Notes: generated from the letters alone by a model not told the origin. Positions 1 to 8,586 are shown, numbered from the stretch's first letter. The stretch: 24,000 nucleotides of DNA from Alphaproteobacteria bacterium (GCA_044376435.1 JBILKX010000001.1:2715-26714), one strand, 5' to 3'. Translations and numbers: made by a program.

Positions 1-727
1 TCGCGGCTTCAAGCAAGGTTAGTGTCTGTGCAGGTTTGCCGAAGTAGCGATGAGCAGCAGCATTAATGCCGTAGGTATGGGCTCCAAAATACACACGATT
101 CAGATACATCGTGAGGATTTGATTTTTTGTAAATTCATGCTCAAGCCACACAGTCAAGATAAGTTCCTGAATTTTACGACGTATAGAGCGATCATCATAA
201 GAATATGTGCCGCTGGCCTGGAGAAAGTTCTTCGCGAGCTGCTGGGTAATTGTGCTGCCGCCCTGTACCACATGACCTGCACGAATATTCGCAAGCAAAG
301 CCCGGAGGGTGCCTTTAATATCCATCCCCCAGTGATCAAAAAAGCGGTGATCTTCTGTGGCAACGACTGCCTGGATGACATACGGCGGCAGTTCTTGGGC
401 ATCAACAGTGCCGCCATGAAAATCGCCATAAGTTGCGAAGACTTGACCATCTGATGACAGTAACGTAACACTTGAACGACGGGTAATCACCTGGGGATTG
501 TGAATATCAGGCAGGTCATGAGCAAACCAGATCAAGATGCCAATACCAAGGATGAGTCCCCAAGAGAAAATATGAATACACGCTGCAGCAAGGCGTGCGA
601 GCCAGCCCCATTGCTTGGGTGGTTTTGGTGGTGGTGGCGGCGGCGGTGGTTCGTTTGGCGGTTGCGGAGATGTGGGGCGTGGCCAAATAGGATCGCCTGG
701 TGAAAATGTGGATTTATCGTTGCTCAT
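1..727 (-). CDS. mrcA: Class A penicillin-binding protein (PBP1A type), N-terminal part; CDS runs off the left edge of the window
   Basis: Absent from the ORF track because it is open-ended. My own minus-strand translation from ATG (725-727) has no stop down to position 2: MSNDKSTFSPGDPIWPRPTSPQPPNEPPPPPPPPKPPKQWGWLARLAAACIHIFSWGLILGIGILIWF... (tail plus TM anchor). It continues through ...AVVATEDHRFFDHWGMD..., ...GGSTITQQLAKNF..., ...RKIQELILT..., ...ILTMYLNRVYFGAHTYGINAAAHRYFGK..., which are the canonical GT51 transglycosylase motifs. Confidence 0.85.
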   Translation of the reverse strand, partial: MSNDKSTFSPGDPIWPRPTSPQPPNEPPPPPPPPKPPKQWGWLARLAAACIHIFSWGLILGIGILIWFAHDLPDIHNPQVITRRSSVTLLSSDGQVFATYGDFHGGTVDAQELPPYVIQAVVATEDHRFFDHWGMDIKGTLRALLANIRAGHVVQGGSTITQQLAKNFLQASGTYSYDDRSIRRKIQELILTVWLEHEFTKNQILTMYLNRVYFGAHTYGINAAAHRYFGKPAQTLTLLEAA

Positions 728-856
728 TTGTGCAATAAATACCATTTTTAAACTTGAAATGGAAGTGTTATTAAGTTAAAGGATAAAAAGTCTGGATTGG
801 GTATATCGCGGTTTTTGACTCAACAATACCACCACTAAATCAGGGATTATAAAAAT

Positions 857-2635
857 ATGCTGCTACAAATTCACGAGCCAGGCGATAGCGTAACCTCTCC
901 TGAGAGTCTTAAAATATTACCAGCAATTGGGATCGATCTTGGGACGACTCATTCAGTCGTCAGTATAGTGCGCGATGGCCAGGTAGTCTGCCTTCCTATT
1001 AGCCAAAATGAATCGGTGCTGGTGCCTTCAGTCGTTGCATATAATGATGATCAAATTACTGTCGGTGTAGAGGCGGTGGCGCAGCTGAATCATGCCCCTG
1101 ATTATGTTGTCACATCTGTGAAGCGTTTGATGGATGCGCCAAGCGAGATTGGGCGCGTGAGTGTGGGGGGGCAAGAGTTAACGGCAATTGAGGTCTCTGC
1201 CCATATTTTGGGGTATTTAAAACAGCGGACCGAGGCCTATCTAGAACACGAGATTCAGCAGGCCGTTATTACAGTCCCAGCATATTTCAGTGAAGCAGCC
1301 CGCACAGCCACACGCGATGCAGCGCAGTTAGCGGGCTTTGAGGTGCTGCGAATCGTGAATGAGCCGACAGCGGCAGCATTGGCCTACGGTCTGGAAACTG
1401 GGGCAGAGGGCGTGTACGCGATTTATGATTTAGGCGGGGGGACTTTTGATATATCACTTTTAAAGCTGCACCGGGGAGTATTCCAGGTGTTGGCAACGCA
1501 AGGAGATCTCCAATTGGGGGGCGATGATATAGATGAGGCAATCTTGCAACTGTGGTTGGCGCAGCGGCAAGCCGCAGGGTTGCGCGCGCCCGCAAGTCAG
1601 GAAGCCCTAAAACCCTTGCGGCTTATTGCGCGTCAGGCCAAAGAAGCGTTGTCGAGCATGTTAGAGGGGCAGTGGGTTCTTGATATTGCAGGGACACAAT
1701 CCATCCATACACTTACCCAGGAGGCGCTGGCAAAACTAGCGGCGCCATTCATAGAGCGGACCTTAAGGATCTGCGCGGAAGTGGTGCAGCGATGCAATCA
1801 ACCGATTAAAGGGGTGGTAACGGTTGGTGGAAGTACGCGTATGCCGCTGGTGCGCCACCATGTTGCAGAGTTTTTTAATGTTGAGCCGTACACAGATATC
1901 GATCCGGATATGGCCGTAGCTATGGGGGCGGCGCTCCAGGCAGACGCTCTAACTGGCGGACGCGATACGCTGCTCATTGATATGACACCACTGTCGCTGG
2001 GTATCGAAACAATGGGAGGGCTTGTGGAGCGCTTGATTGAGCGTAACACCCCCATTCCAGTGCGCCATAAGCAGGAGTTTACAACTTTTCAAGATGGGCA
2101 GACGGCAATCCTTATTCATGTGGTGCAGGGAGAGCGGGAGTTTGTAAAGGATTGCCAGTCTTTAGGGCAGTTTGAGCTGCGTGGTATTCCCCCAATGCCG
2201 GCGGGGGTGGCTCGTGTTGAGGTGATCTTTGCTTTAGATGCGGATGGCTTGCTGACGGTCTCTGCGACTGAGCAGCATACAGGGGTCCATCAGGCGATTG
2301 AAATCAAACCAAGTTATGGCCTCACAACCGAGGATATCAAGCGTATTCTAAGTGATAGCTACATGCATGGCCGTGCGGACATGGCAGAGCGACTCTTGGC
2401 GCAGGGGAGACTTGAAGCTGAGCAACTGATCACGATTATCGAAAAAGCTTTAGCTCAGGATGCCGATCTCTTAAGTGAGAAAGAAGTACAAGATATCAAA
2501 GCTAATGAGGCGATACTTTTGCAGGTGATGGAGCAACCAGATTATCAAGCGTTAAAATCAGCAATAACTCATTTAAAAATATTGACGCAACCATTAGCAG
2601 ATCGTAGGATGATGCGGTCATTAAAACAACTGTAA
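857..2635 (+). CDS. hscA: Fe-S cluster assembly chaperone HscA (Hsp70 family)
   Basis: 592-aa ORF. The N-terminus LLQIHEPG...[12 protein letters not shown] is typical of HscA. Hsp70 ATPase motifs are present ([16 protein letters not shown]). It is followed directly by fdx and iscX. Confidence 0.93.
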   Translation: MLLQIHEPGDSVTSPESLKILPAIGIDLGTTHSVVSIVRDGQVVCLPISQNESVLVPSVVAYNDDQITVGVEAVAQLNHAPDYVVTSVKRLMDAPSEIGRVSVGGQELTAIEVSAHILGYLKQRTEAYLEHEIQQAVITVPAYFSEAARTATRDAAQLAGFEVLRIVNEPTAAALAYGLETGAEGVYAIYDLGGGTFDISLLKLHRGVFQVLATQGDLQLGGDDIDEAILQLWLAQRQAAGLRAPASQEALKPLRLIARQAKEALSSMLEGQWVLDIAGTQSIHTLTQEALAKLAAPFIERTLRICAEVVQRCNQPIKGVVTVGGSTRMPLVRHHVAEFFNVEPYTDIDPDMAVAMGAALQADALTGGRDTLLIDMTPLSLGIETMGGLVERLIERNTPIPVRHKQEFTTFQDGQTAILIHVVQGEREFVKDCQSLGQFELRGIPPMPAGVARVEVIFALDADGLLTVSATEQHTGVHQAIEIKPSYGLTTEDIKRILSDSYMHGRADMAERLLAQGRLEAEQLITIIEKALAQDADLLSEKEVQDIKANEAILLQVMEQPDYQALKSAITHLKILTQPLADRRMMRSLKQL

Positions 2636-2652
2636 CGCAATGGAGACAAAAC

Positions 2653-2988
2653 ATGCCAAAAATGACTTTTGTGACCCCAGAGGGGAACCGCCAAGAGGTT
2701 GAGGCACCTTTAGGAATTTCCGTACTTGAAATTGCCCATCGTCATGGTATTGATTTGGAAGGGGCCTGCGAAGGCTCGCTAGCGTGCTCTACGTGTCACG
2801 TCATTATTGATCCAGAGTGGTATGATCTGCTGCATGAGGCGACAGAGGATGAAGAAGACATGTTAGACTTAGCCTTTGGTTTGACACGTACATCGCGTTT
2901 GGGTTGCCAGATCATGATGACCAACGAACTGGATGGCTTGACTGTCCATTTGCCGGCAGCGACGCGGAACATGATGGTAGATAAATAA
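2653..2988 (+). CDS. fdx: [2Fe-2S] ferredoxin, adrenodoxin/ISC type
   Basis: 111 aa with the cysteine pattern [11 protein letters not shown]...GCQ. GGAG RBS 6 nt upstream. Position after hscA. Confidence 0.9.
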   Translation: MPKMTFVTPEGNRQEVEAPLGISVLEIAHRHGIDLEGACEGSLACSTCHVIIDPEWYDLLHEATEDEEDMLDLAFGLTRTSRLGCQIMMTNELDGLTVHLPAATRNMMVDK

Positions 2989-3188
2989 TGCGGTTGACCT
3001 GGCGTGATACCTATGAAATCGCCATCGCCTTAGAGGAACACCATCCTGATGTGGATGTTGTGCATCTGCGGTTTACAGATCTTTGGCAATGGATTCAAGA
3101 GTTGCCAGGATTTGTAGATGATCCTCAGCGGTGCAATGAGCGGATCTTAGAAAGTATTCAGATGGCATGGTTAGAGGAGCGACGATAG
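2988..3188 (+). CDS. iscX: Fe-S assembly protein IscX (YfhJ family)
   Basis: 66-aa acidic protein (TWRDTYEIAIALEEHHPDVD...). TAATG stop/start overlap with fdx. Canonical position at the end of the isc cluster. Confidence 0.82.
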   Translation: MRLTWRDTYEIAIALEEHHPDVDVVHLRFTDLWQWIQELPGFVDDPQRCNERILESIQMAWLEERR

Positions 3189-3207
3189 TTCTTGAGCTGA
3201 ACTTTTC
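3187..3207. terminator. Small hairpin between convergent iscX and motB (possible bidirectional terminator)
   Basis: AGTTC (3187-3191) / GAACT (3199-3203) with a 7-nt loop, followed by TTTT on the + strand. The stem is short. Confidence 0.25.
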
Positions 3208-3215
3208 ACCTTACA

Positions 3216-4166
3216 CTATTCTTTTTTAAGTAGCACAATACTGATGCGGCGATTGCTGGGGGATTCGGGATCATGAGGGAGAAGGGGATCTTTATCTTCC
3301 TTACCAATCACGGCGTAAATGCGTTGATTATCAATCCCAGCAGTCAGCAAGGTGCGACGGCACGCATTGGCGCGGTCTGTGGAAAGTTCCCAGTTACTGT
3401 AGCCACGGTTTGAAGGAAACGGCGTCGAATCCGTATGACCACTAATCGTTAGCTTGTGGGGTAAATCCTTAATGACTTTCGCAACCAGCTCGATGAGTTT
3501 GCGAGCATAGCTATAAAGCATGCTACTGCCACTTGGAAACATAGAATATTGATCGCGGTCGACAATCTGAATGCGCAGGCCCTCTTTGGTTTGCTCAACA
3601 ATTAAATTATGTGAAAGCTGTTTAAGCTCAGGCATTCCCTGTAATTGTTGGCGGATTTTTGCTTCAACCCCTTCAAAAGCCTTTTGATCAGATTCTTGCA
3701 CGATCTTGCGGGCTTCTTGTACCGAAATCTTTGGTGATGGTTTTGTGGGAGAGCTGCTTGGATGTTTGTGGCTATCCTGCTGTTTGTTTTGTGGTAAGGC
3801 AGCGTCGCCTTTAGGGTCATCCAACTCACCTTCCTCACGGCTTTCCAGAGGGTCGGTTGAGGATACAGTGACGCCACCAAAAAAGCCTTGGCCGGAAAAG
3901 AAGCCCTGACCAGATCCGCCAGTTTGTTTTTTCATAAATTGGATCGGTTCGAAATAATTACTGATCCCAAGTTTCTGCTCGGCTGAGGTTGAGTTCAAAA
4001 GCCAAAGCAGCAAGAAGAAAGCCATCATCGCGGTAACGAAGTCAGCATACGCCACTTTCCAGGCGCCTCCATGATGACCATGATCAGCTTTTTTTATACG
4101 CTTAATAATGGTGATGTTAGGCTTATCGTCTTTCTTGGGTTTGTTATCATTAGTCTCTTCAGCCAT
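3216..4166 (-). CDS. motB: Flagellar motor stator protein MotB (OmpA-like C-terminal domain)
   Basis: 316 aa. Plug/TM segment AWKVAYADFVTAMMAFFLLLWLL with the conserved Asp. C-terminal OmpA-like peptidoglycan-binding region (GHTDS...N..LS..RA). Directly downstream of motA. Confidence 0.9.
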   Translation of the reverse strand: MAEETNDNKPKKDDKPNITIIKRIKKADHGHHGGAWKVAYADFVTAMMAFFLLLWLLNSTSAEQKLGISNYFEPIQFMKKQTGGSGQGFFSGQGFFGGVTVSSTDPLESREEGELDDPKGDAALPQNKQQDSHKHPSSSPTKPSPKISVQEARKIVQESDQKAFEGVEAKIRQQLQGMPELKQLSHNLIVEQTKEGLRIQIVDRDQYSMFPSGSSMLYSYARKLIELVAKVIKDLPHKLTISGHTDSTPFPSNRGYSNWELSTDRANACRRTLLTAGIDNQRIYAVIGKEDKDPLLPHDPESPSNRRISIVLLKKE

Positions 4167-4174
4167 AGTATGCC

Positions 4175-5026
4175 TTAAAGGTTATTGCAGGCCTGCTCGA
4201 CCTCAAGAAAGGAAGGCTGCGCATAGGGTGGAATGCTTTTGCGGGCAAACTCAACAGAAATAACGGGAGCAAAGCCATTTAGATGGGCGAGTAAGCCAAC
4301 CCTGATGCATTCAACATATTTACTATCAAGCTCAAAGGTATTTTTAATTGCGTTTGCCATTGGAGCGACAAAGCCGTAGGCAACAAGCACACCGAAGAAA
4401 GTACCGACTAGGGCGGCGCCAATGAGATGCCCGAGCACTTCTGGGGGCTCGGTGATGGATCCCATGGTGTGAATAACACCAAGAACCGCCGCCACAATGC
4501 CCAGCGCGGGCAGGGCATCGGCAACCGTTTGAATCGCTCCTGCGACGCGATGATCTTCGGCGTGGTGTGTGCTGAGTTCGATATCCATCAACGTTTCAAT
4601 ATGTAATGGATTATCAGCATTCATCGTCACCATCCTCAAATAATCACAGAGAAACACGACAGCATGGTGATTGTGAATAAATTTAGGAAATTTTTGAAAT
4701 AAATCACTTTTGTGCGGATCTTCAAGATGCGGCTCAATCGCTAAGGCACCCTTAGCTTTAAGCAGCTTAAGAACACTGTATTGGAGGCATAAAAGTTCAA
4801 GATATGCATTTTTATCAAACTGCGGTCCAGCCATTAGACTTTTCATGGCACGGCCCATTTCTGCGAGGACTGATTTCGGATTGCCAATAATAAAACCGCC
4901 AGCACCGCTGCCCAAAATAATGAGAAACTCTAAAGGTTGCCACAAAACATGAAGGTGCCCACCTGCTAAAACATAGCCTGTAATCACGCAGGCAATGACG
5001 ACAACGGTACCAATAATAAAAAACAT
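4175..5026 (-). CDS. motA: Flagellar motor stator protein MotA
   Basis: 283 aa with four TM segments. The N-terminus GYVLAGGHLHVLWQPLEFLIILGSGAGGFIIGN closely resembles the canonical MotA N-terminus. AAAGAGGG RBS. Confidence 0.9.
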   Translation of the reverse strand: MFFIIGTVVVIACVITGYVLAGGHLHVLWQPLEFLIILGSGAGGFIIGNPKSVLAEMGRAMKSLMAGPQFDKNAYLELLCLQYSVLKLLKAKGALAIEPHLEDPHKSDLFQKFPKFIHNHHAVVFLCDYLRMVTMNADNPLHIETLMDIELSTHHAEDHRVAGAIQTVADALPALGIVAAVLGVIHTMGSITEPPEVLGHLIGAALVGTFFGVLVAYGFVAPMANAIKNTFELDSKYVECIRVGLLAHLNGFAPVISVEFARKSIPPYAQPSFLEVEQACNNL

Positions 5027-5441
5027 GAGCCCTCTTTAATTTTATCCAGCTATTTGTAAAAATAACATTGACGCTACTATGGGGACTGTCCTCAAGCACA
5101 ATAAAAATGCAAGACTCTGTCAGGTCAATGTTCAAAATCTTAAATCTATGGCTCAAACCTGACCTCAATAGACTTTTTCACATTGCACTATGTACCGTCG
5201 TTTAATTTGCAGTATACTGACGGACAGTTAAAGAACTTTAAAAACAAGCCTATTTTTGACATATGAGCTAAATTGGTGCGAAAGTTATCAAAAAATTTAC
5301 TTTTGGTTGGCATATTTGTCAGGCTAAGTCAATATGCATAGGATGAAATATCACAACATTCATGAAATTGTTACAAATAAGCGTTTTGTTTTTAACAATT
5401 TATAAGCGACAAACGTAAAATGAGCAGCGAGAGGTAAGGAT

Positions 5442-6731
5442 ATGGCAGATGCAAAGCTAACACTTCCAAATGGGACGACTGTAGATCTCCCCATAATTGA
5501 GGGAACCGAAGGCCCAGTCGTGCTTGATACACGCAAGCTTTATGACCAGTCTGGCTGCTTCACCTATGATCCAGGGTTTATGGCAACGGCGAGTTGTTCA
5601 TCAGAAATTACTTTTATTGATGGCGAGAAGGGTATATTGCTGCATCGAGGCTATCCGATTGAAGAGCTTGCAACGCATAGCGATTTTATGGAAACCATGT
5701 ATCTCCTCCTTTATGGCGATTTGCCCAATATGGAGCAGAAGCGTAAGTTTGAGGGCGAGCTGGTGCATCATACCATGGTCCATGAACAGCTGACGCGATT
5801 CTATCAAGGCTTCCGCCGCGATGCTCATCCAATGGCTGTGATGGTGGGTGTGGTTGGGGCGCTTTCAGCGTTTTACCACGATAGCCTTAATATCCATGAT
5901 CCAGAACAGCGGGAGATAGCTTGCCTGCGTTTAGTCGCGAAAATGCCGACCATTGCGGCAATGGCGTATAAATATTCCGTTGGCCAGCCTTTTGTGTATC
6001 CTCGCAATGATCTCAAGTATGCTGAAAATTTTCTTTATATGATGTTCTCAGTGCCGTGTGAACCTTACAAGCTGCATCCAGTGTTAGCGCGGGCACTCGA
6101 TAAAATACTGATTTTACACGCGGACCATGAGCAAAATGCCTCAACCTCGACTGTAAGGTTAGCTGGCTCAAGTGGGGCAAATCCGTTTGCGTGCATTGCG
6201 GCTGGAATTGCGTGTTTATGGGGTCCTGCCCATGGTGGAGCAAATGAAGCCGTTTTAACCATGCTTAAGGAAATTGGATCTAAAGACCGAATTCCTGAAT
6301 TTATTCGGCGTGCCAAGGATAAAAATGATCCGTTTCGTCTCATGGGCTTTGGGCATCGAGTCTATAAAAACTATGACCCGCGCGCCAATGTGATGCGTCA
6401 AACCTGCCATGAAGTCTTAGAGGAATTGGGGTTGCGTAATGATCCATTGCTGGAAATTGCGATGGAGCTTGAAAAGATAGCGCTGGAAGATCCTTACTTC
6501 ATTGAGAAAAAATTATATCCAAATGTTGACTTTTATTCAGGAATTATTTTAAAAACAATGCAAATCCCGACGTCAATGTTTACAGTATTGTTTGCTATGG
6601 CAAGGACGGTCGGATGGGTGGCGCAATGGAAAGAAATGATTGCTGATCCGGCACAGAAGATTGGGCGGCCTCGCCAATTGTATGTTGGGCAGCATCGTAG
6701 AGAGTATGTGCCATTACACAAACGTACATAG
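5442..6731 (+). CDS. gltA: Citrate synthase (type II)
   Basis: 429 aa. Motifs [17 protein letters not shown] and [14 protein letters not shown], with the catalytic His/His/Asp context. Confidence 0.95.
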   Translation: MADAKLTLPNGTTVDLPIIEGTEGPVVLDTRKLYDQSGCFTYDPGFMATASCSSEITFIDGEKGILLHRGYPIEELATHSDFMETMYLLLYGDLPNMEQKRKFEGELVHHTMVHEQLTRFYQGFRRDAHPMAVMVGVVGALSAFYHDSLNIHDPEQREIACLRLVAKMPTIAAMAYKYSVGQPFVYPRNDLKYAENFLYMMFSVPCEPYKLHPVLARALDKILILHADHEQNASTSTVRLAGSSGANPFACIAAGIACLWGPAHGGANEAVLTMLKEIGSKDRIPEFIRRAKDKNDPFRLMGFGHRVYKNYDPRANVMRQTCHEVLEELGLRNDPLLEIAMELEKIALEDPYFIEKKLYPNVDFYSGIILKTMQIPTSMFTVLFAMARTVGWVAQWKEMIADPAQKIGRPRQLYVGQHRREYVPLHKRT

Positions 6732-6742
6732 TATGAGGCACT

Positions 6743-6916
6743 ATGATTGATAACGAAAAAATGGAGCCGCGAGCGAAAATCTATGTTTTTCGTGAGACAG
6801 GCTTTGTTGCCCCACGCAACGACAATAGTTCGCCCCTGAAGAAACGCTTACAAAAAAGCGGTATCATGATCATTGTCTTAATTATTGTGGTGGCAACGAT
6901 TGTTTCTCATTTATAG
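6743..6916 (+). CDS. Candidate small tail-anchored membrane protein (57 aa)
   Basis: Below the ORF-track length cutoff; read by hand: MIDNEKMEPRAKIYVFRETGFVAPRNDNSSPLKKRLQKSGIMIIVLIIVVATIVSHL*. GAGG lies 4 nt upstream of the ATG. There is one C-terminal hydrophobic helix preceded by basic residues. No family recognised. Confidence 0.3.
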   Translation: MIDNEKMEPRAKIYVFRETGFVAPRNDNSSPLKKRLQKSGIMIIVLIIVVATIVSHL

Positions 6917-7026
6917 GTCACTATGAAGGGGGCGGCGCCCTATAGCTGTGGACAGGTGTCAACTGCAAAACCGGTCCTGAAAAAGCGTTTTTTTGTTGCT
7001 GTAATAAAATTTGGCTGTTTTACCTA

Positions 7027-7054
7027 TTGAAAAATTTTTTCTAAGGACTATATT
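7027..7054 (+). promoter_or_regulatory. Sigma70-like promoter candidate for the 7079 gene
   Basis: TTGAAA (7027-7032), 16-nt spacer, TATATT (7049-7054), about 25 nt upstream of the ATG. GAGG RBS at 7066-7069. Confidence 0.35.
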
Positions 7055-7078
7055 AAGATTTTATTCGAGGTCTTAATT

Positions 7079-8197
7079 ATGCGTTCAATTTTATCTGCTG
7101 CCGTATGTGTTAGTTTGTTGTTAAATCCTCTCGGGGGAGCTTGGGCATACAGTCCCAATCGTGCAACTCTCGAAGATCAGCATGCATCAAAGAAGTTAGG
7201 CAACACCCAACAAGCAGCTCAAGAGGCTGTAGAGCCCGCAGCTGATCACCCTAAAGCTAAGTCTAAGAGAGCAGCATGGATTGTTATTGGCACTATGACT
7301 GGCGTCGCTGCGATCCTTAGTATTATCATCTGGGGGGCTTTTCGCAATTCGGCGACAACTGATAAGTCAACTGGTTTGGATCAAAATGACAATCATTTTA
7401 ACGATCCCAAAACAATAAAAAACTTTGTTAAGAGTTTTACGAATCCTCCTGGGGGAAGAGGTTCTTCGACCTTTGACTCAGGTGCGTTAGGGAAGGATGA
7501 CTCAACGAAGAGAAGTCTCAATCAGCCTTTGCAATATTTGGACTTAGAAGGCTATTCACCTCAAAAGCAGCAGCAAGATTCCAGAAAAGCCAAAGAGTAC
7601 GAAGACAGAGGCAAGGTGTCTGTTGATAGCACATTTCACCCAAAAAAGGTTGCTGAGAAACTAGAGATAACGCAACCTGTTACTCCTGCAACGAATCCCA
7701 ACCCTGCCACAGTGAGCGCAACGCCCATCAGTGATGAATTTCCTTTTTTTGGAAATGAGATTTTTGTCGCATCAACAGCAGAAATCCGGGCAAATGCCAT
7801 GAAGGCTGAAAAAATGCAACACATGTCGCTTTATTATTCAGCTTTGGGAATGAGTCCAGCTAAGGCTCTTGATGAAAAAGCTCGTGTGAGTAAGAATTTA
7901 GAGCGTTCTGGCTCAGGTGCGTTAGGGGAGGATGACTCAACGAAGAGGAGTCTCAATCAGTCTTTGCGATATTTTGACTTAGAAGGGAGAAGCGATTTCA
8001 GTCAACACCAGCAGCAAGATTCCAGAAAAGCCAAAGAGTGCGAAGACAGAGGCAAGGTGTTTGCTGATAGCACATTTGTTCGACAGAAGGTTGCTGAGCA
8101 GCAGGTAGAGAAGTCTGGTGTTGCTGCAGAAACGAACACTAATAATATGGATCCTTATAAACTCCCGACCGATAACCAAAGTTGTGTAATTGCTTGA
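7079..8197 (+). CDS. Orphan repeat-containing protein with N-terminal signal-like segment, a second hydrophobic helix and a C-terminal CaaX box (CVIA)
   Basis: 372-aa ORF with RBS and promoter candidate. N-terminus MRSILSAAVCVSLLLNPLGGAWA; hydrophobic helix AAWIVIGTMTGVAAILSIIIWGAF. Contains two ~60-aa paralogous modules. The last four residues are C-V-I-A before the stop. No family recognised. Confidence 0.7.
   Translation: MRSILSAAVCVSLLLNPLGGAWAYSPNRATLEDQHASKKLGNTQQAAQEAVEPAADHPKAKSKRAAWIVIGTMTGVAAILSIIIWGAFRNSATTDKSTGLDQNDNHFNDPKTIKNFVKSFTNPPGGRGSSTFDSGALGKDDSTKRSLNQPLQYLDLEGYSPQKQQQDSRKAKEYEDRGKVSVDSTFHPKKVAEKLEITQPVTPATNPNPATVSATPISDEFPFFGNEIFVASTAEIRANAMKAEKMQHMSLYYSALGMSPAKALDEKARVSKNLERSGSGALGEDDSTKRSLNQSLRYFDLEGRSDFSQHQQQDSRKAKECEDRGKVFADSTFVRQKVAEQQVEKSGVAAETNTNNMDPYKLPTDNQSCVIA
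7477..7657 (+). repeat. Internal direct repeat copy 1 (in frame) of the 7079 gene
   Basis: ctcaggtgcgttaggg...aaggttgctgag encodes GALGKDDSTKRSLNQPLQYLDLEGYSPQKQQQDSRKAKEYEDRGKVSVDSTFHPKKVAE. It matches copy 2 at both DNA and protein level. Confidence 0.8.
7912..8098 (+). repeat. Internal direct repeat copy 2 (in frame) of the 7079 gene
   Basis: Encodes GALGEDDSTKRSLNQSLRYFDLEGRSDFSQHQQQDSRKAKECEDRGKVFADSTFVRQKVAE. It lies 435 bp downstream of copy 1 and carries a 6-nt insertion. Confidence 0.8.
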
Positions 8198-8301
8198 TAA
8201 ATCGTAGCTGACATATGCCAGAAATTAAGGTGTTTCTTGGGTTGACGGGCGTGCAGTTCGGACGGATTTAGGCGGGCGCAGAAGCGCGGTTAGAAGGGTA
8301 T

Positions 8302-8323
8302 CGAACACGCGTGTCGTTTTTTT
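8302..8323 (+). terminator. Rho-independent terminator candidate after the 7079 gene
   Basis: Imperfect hairpin cgaaca/cgcg/tgtcg (8302-8316) followed by seven T (8317-8323). The stem is weak (5 bp with one bulge). Confidence 0.35.
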
Positions 8324-8370
8324 CTTTGGAGTCGCGCCCTAAATGACAACCTAGAAATATGAAATTTAAA

Positions 8371-8399
8371 TTGACGGCACGCCATAAATTTTATATGTT
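8371..8399 (+). promoter_or_regulatory. Promoter candidate for tRNA-Thr
   Basis: TTGACG (8371-8376), 17-nt spacer, TATGTT (8394-8399), 20 nt upstream of the tRNA 5' end. Confidence 0.35.
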
Positions 8400-8418
8400 G
8401 TGTCAGTTCACTGAATGT

Positions 8419-8494
8419 GCCGGTTTAGCTCAGCTGGTAGAGCAACTGATTTGTAATCAGTAGGTCGTTGGTTCGATTCCGACAACCGGCACCA
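8419..8494 (+). tRNA. tRNA-Thr (anticodon UGU), CCA encoded
   Basis: Cloverleaf folded by hand: acceptor GCCGGTT/AACCGGC, D arm GCTC/GAGC, anticodon arm ACTGA-TTTGTAA-TCAGT, T arm GTTGG-TTCGATT-CCGAC, discriminator A, CCA. Confidence 0.92.
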
Positions 8495-8586
8495 CCCATA
8501 AAATTTTTCCTTGATTTTTACCCCGATTTTCCGTATACCTAGCCACAGATCAGCCTTATAGAAGAGTATATGAGGGGCTGTACCTT

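Noticed and set aside
50-703. Track ORFs 50..454 (+), 154..471 (-) and 500..703 (+).
   Set aside because: They overlap the open-ended minus-strand frame, which carries unmistakable GT51 transglycosylase motifs. They are antisense or out-of-frame shadows; the W/R-rich 500..703 product is the complement of the poly-Pro tract.
3602-3909. Track ORFs 3602..3880 (-) and 3706..3909 (+) inside motB, and similar nested ORFs inside motA, gltA, hscA, murJ and mfd.
   Set aside because: They are nested in alternative frames of well-supported conserved genes and have no independent signals.
5228-5242. CtrA-box-like TTAA-N7-TAAA in the motA-gltA divergent intergenic region, and a 7-bp inverted repeat GTCAGGT/ACCTGAC at 5120-5163.
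   Set aside because: It is only a near match to TTAA-N7-TTAAC in very AT-rich DNA, where such matches are expected by chance. There is no second supporting site.
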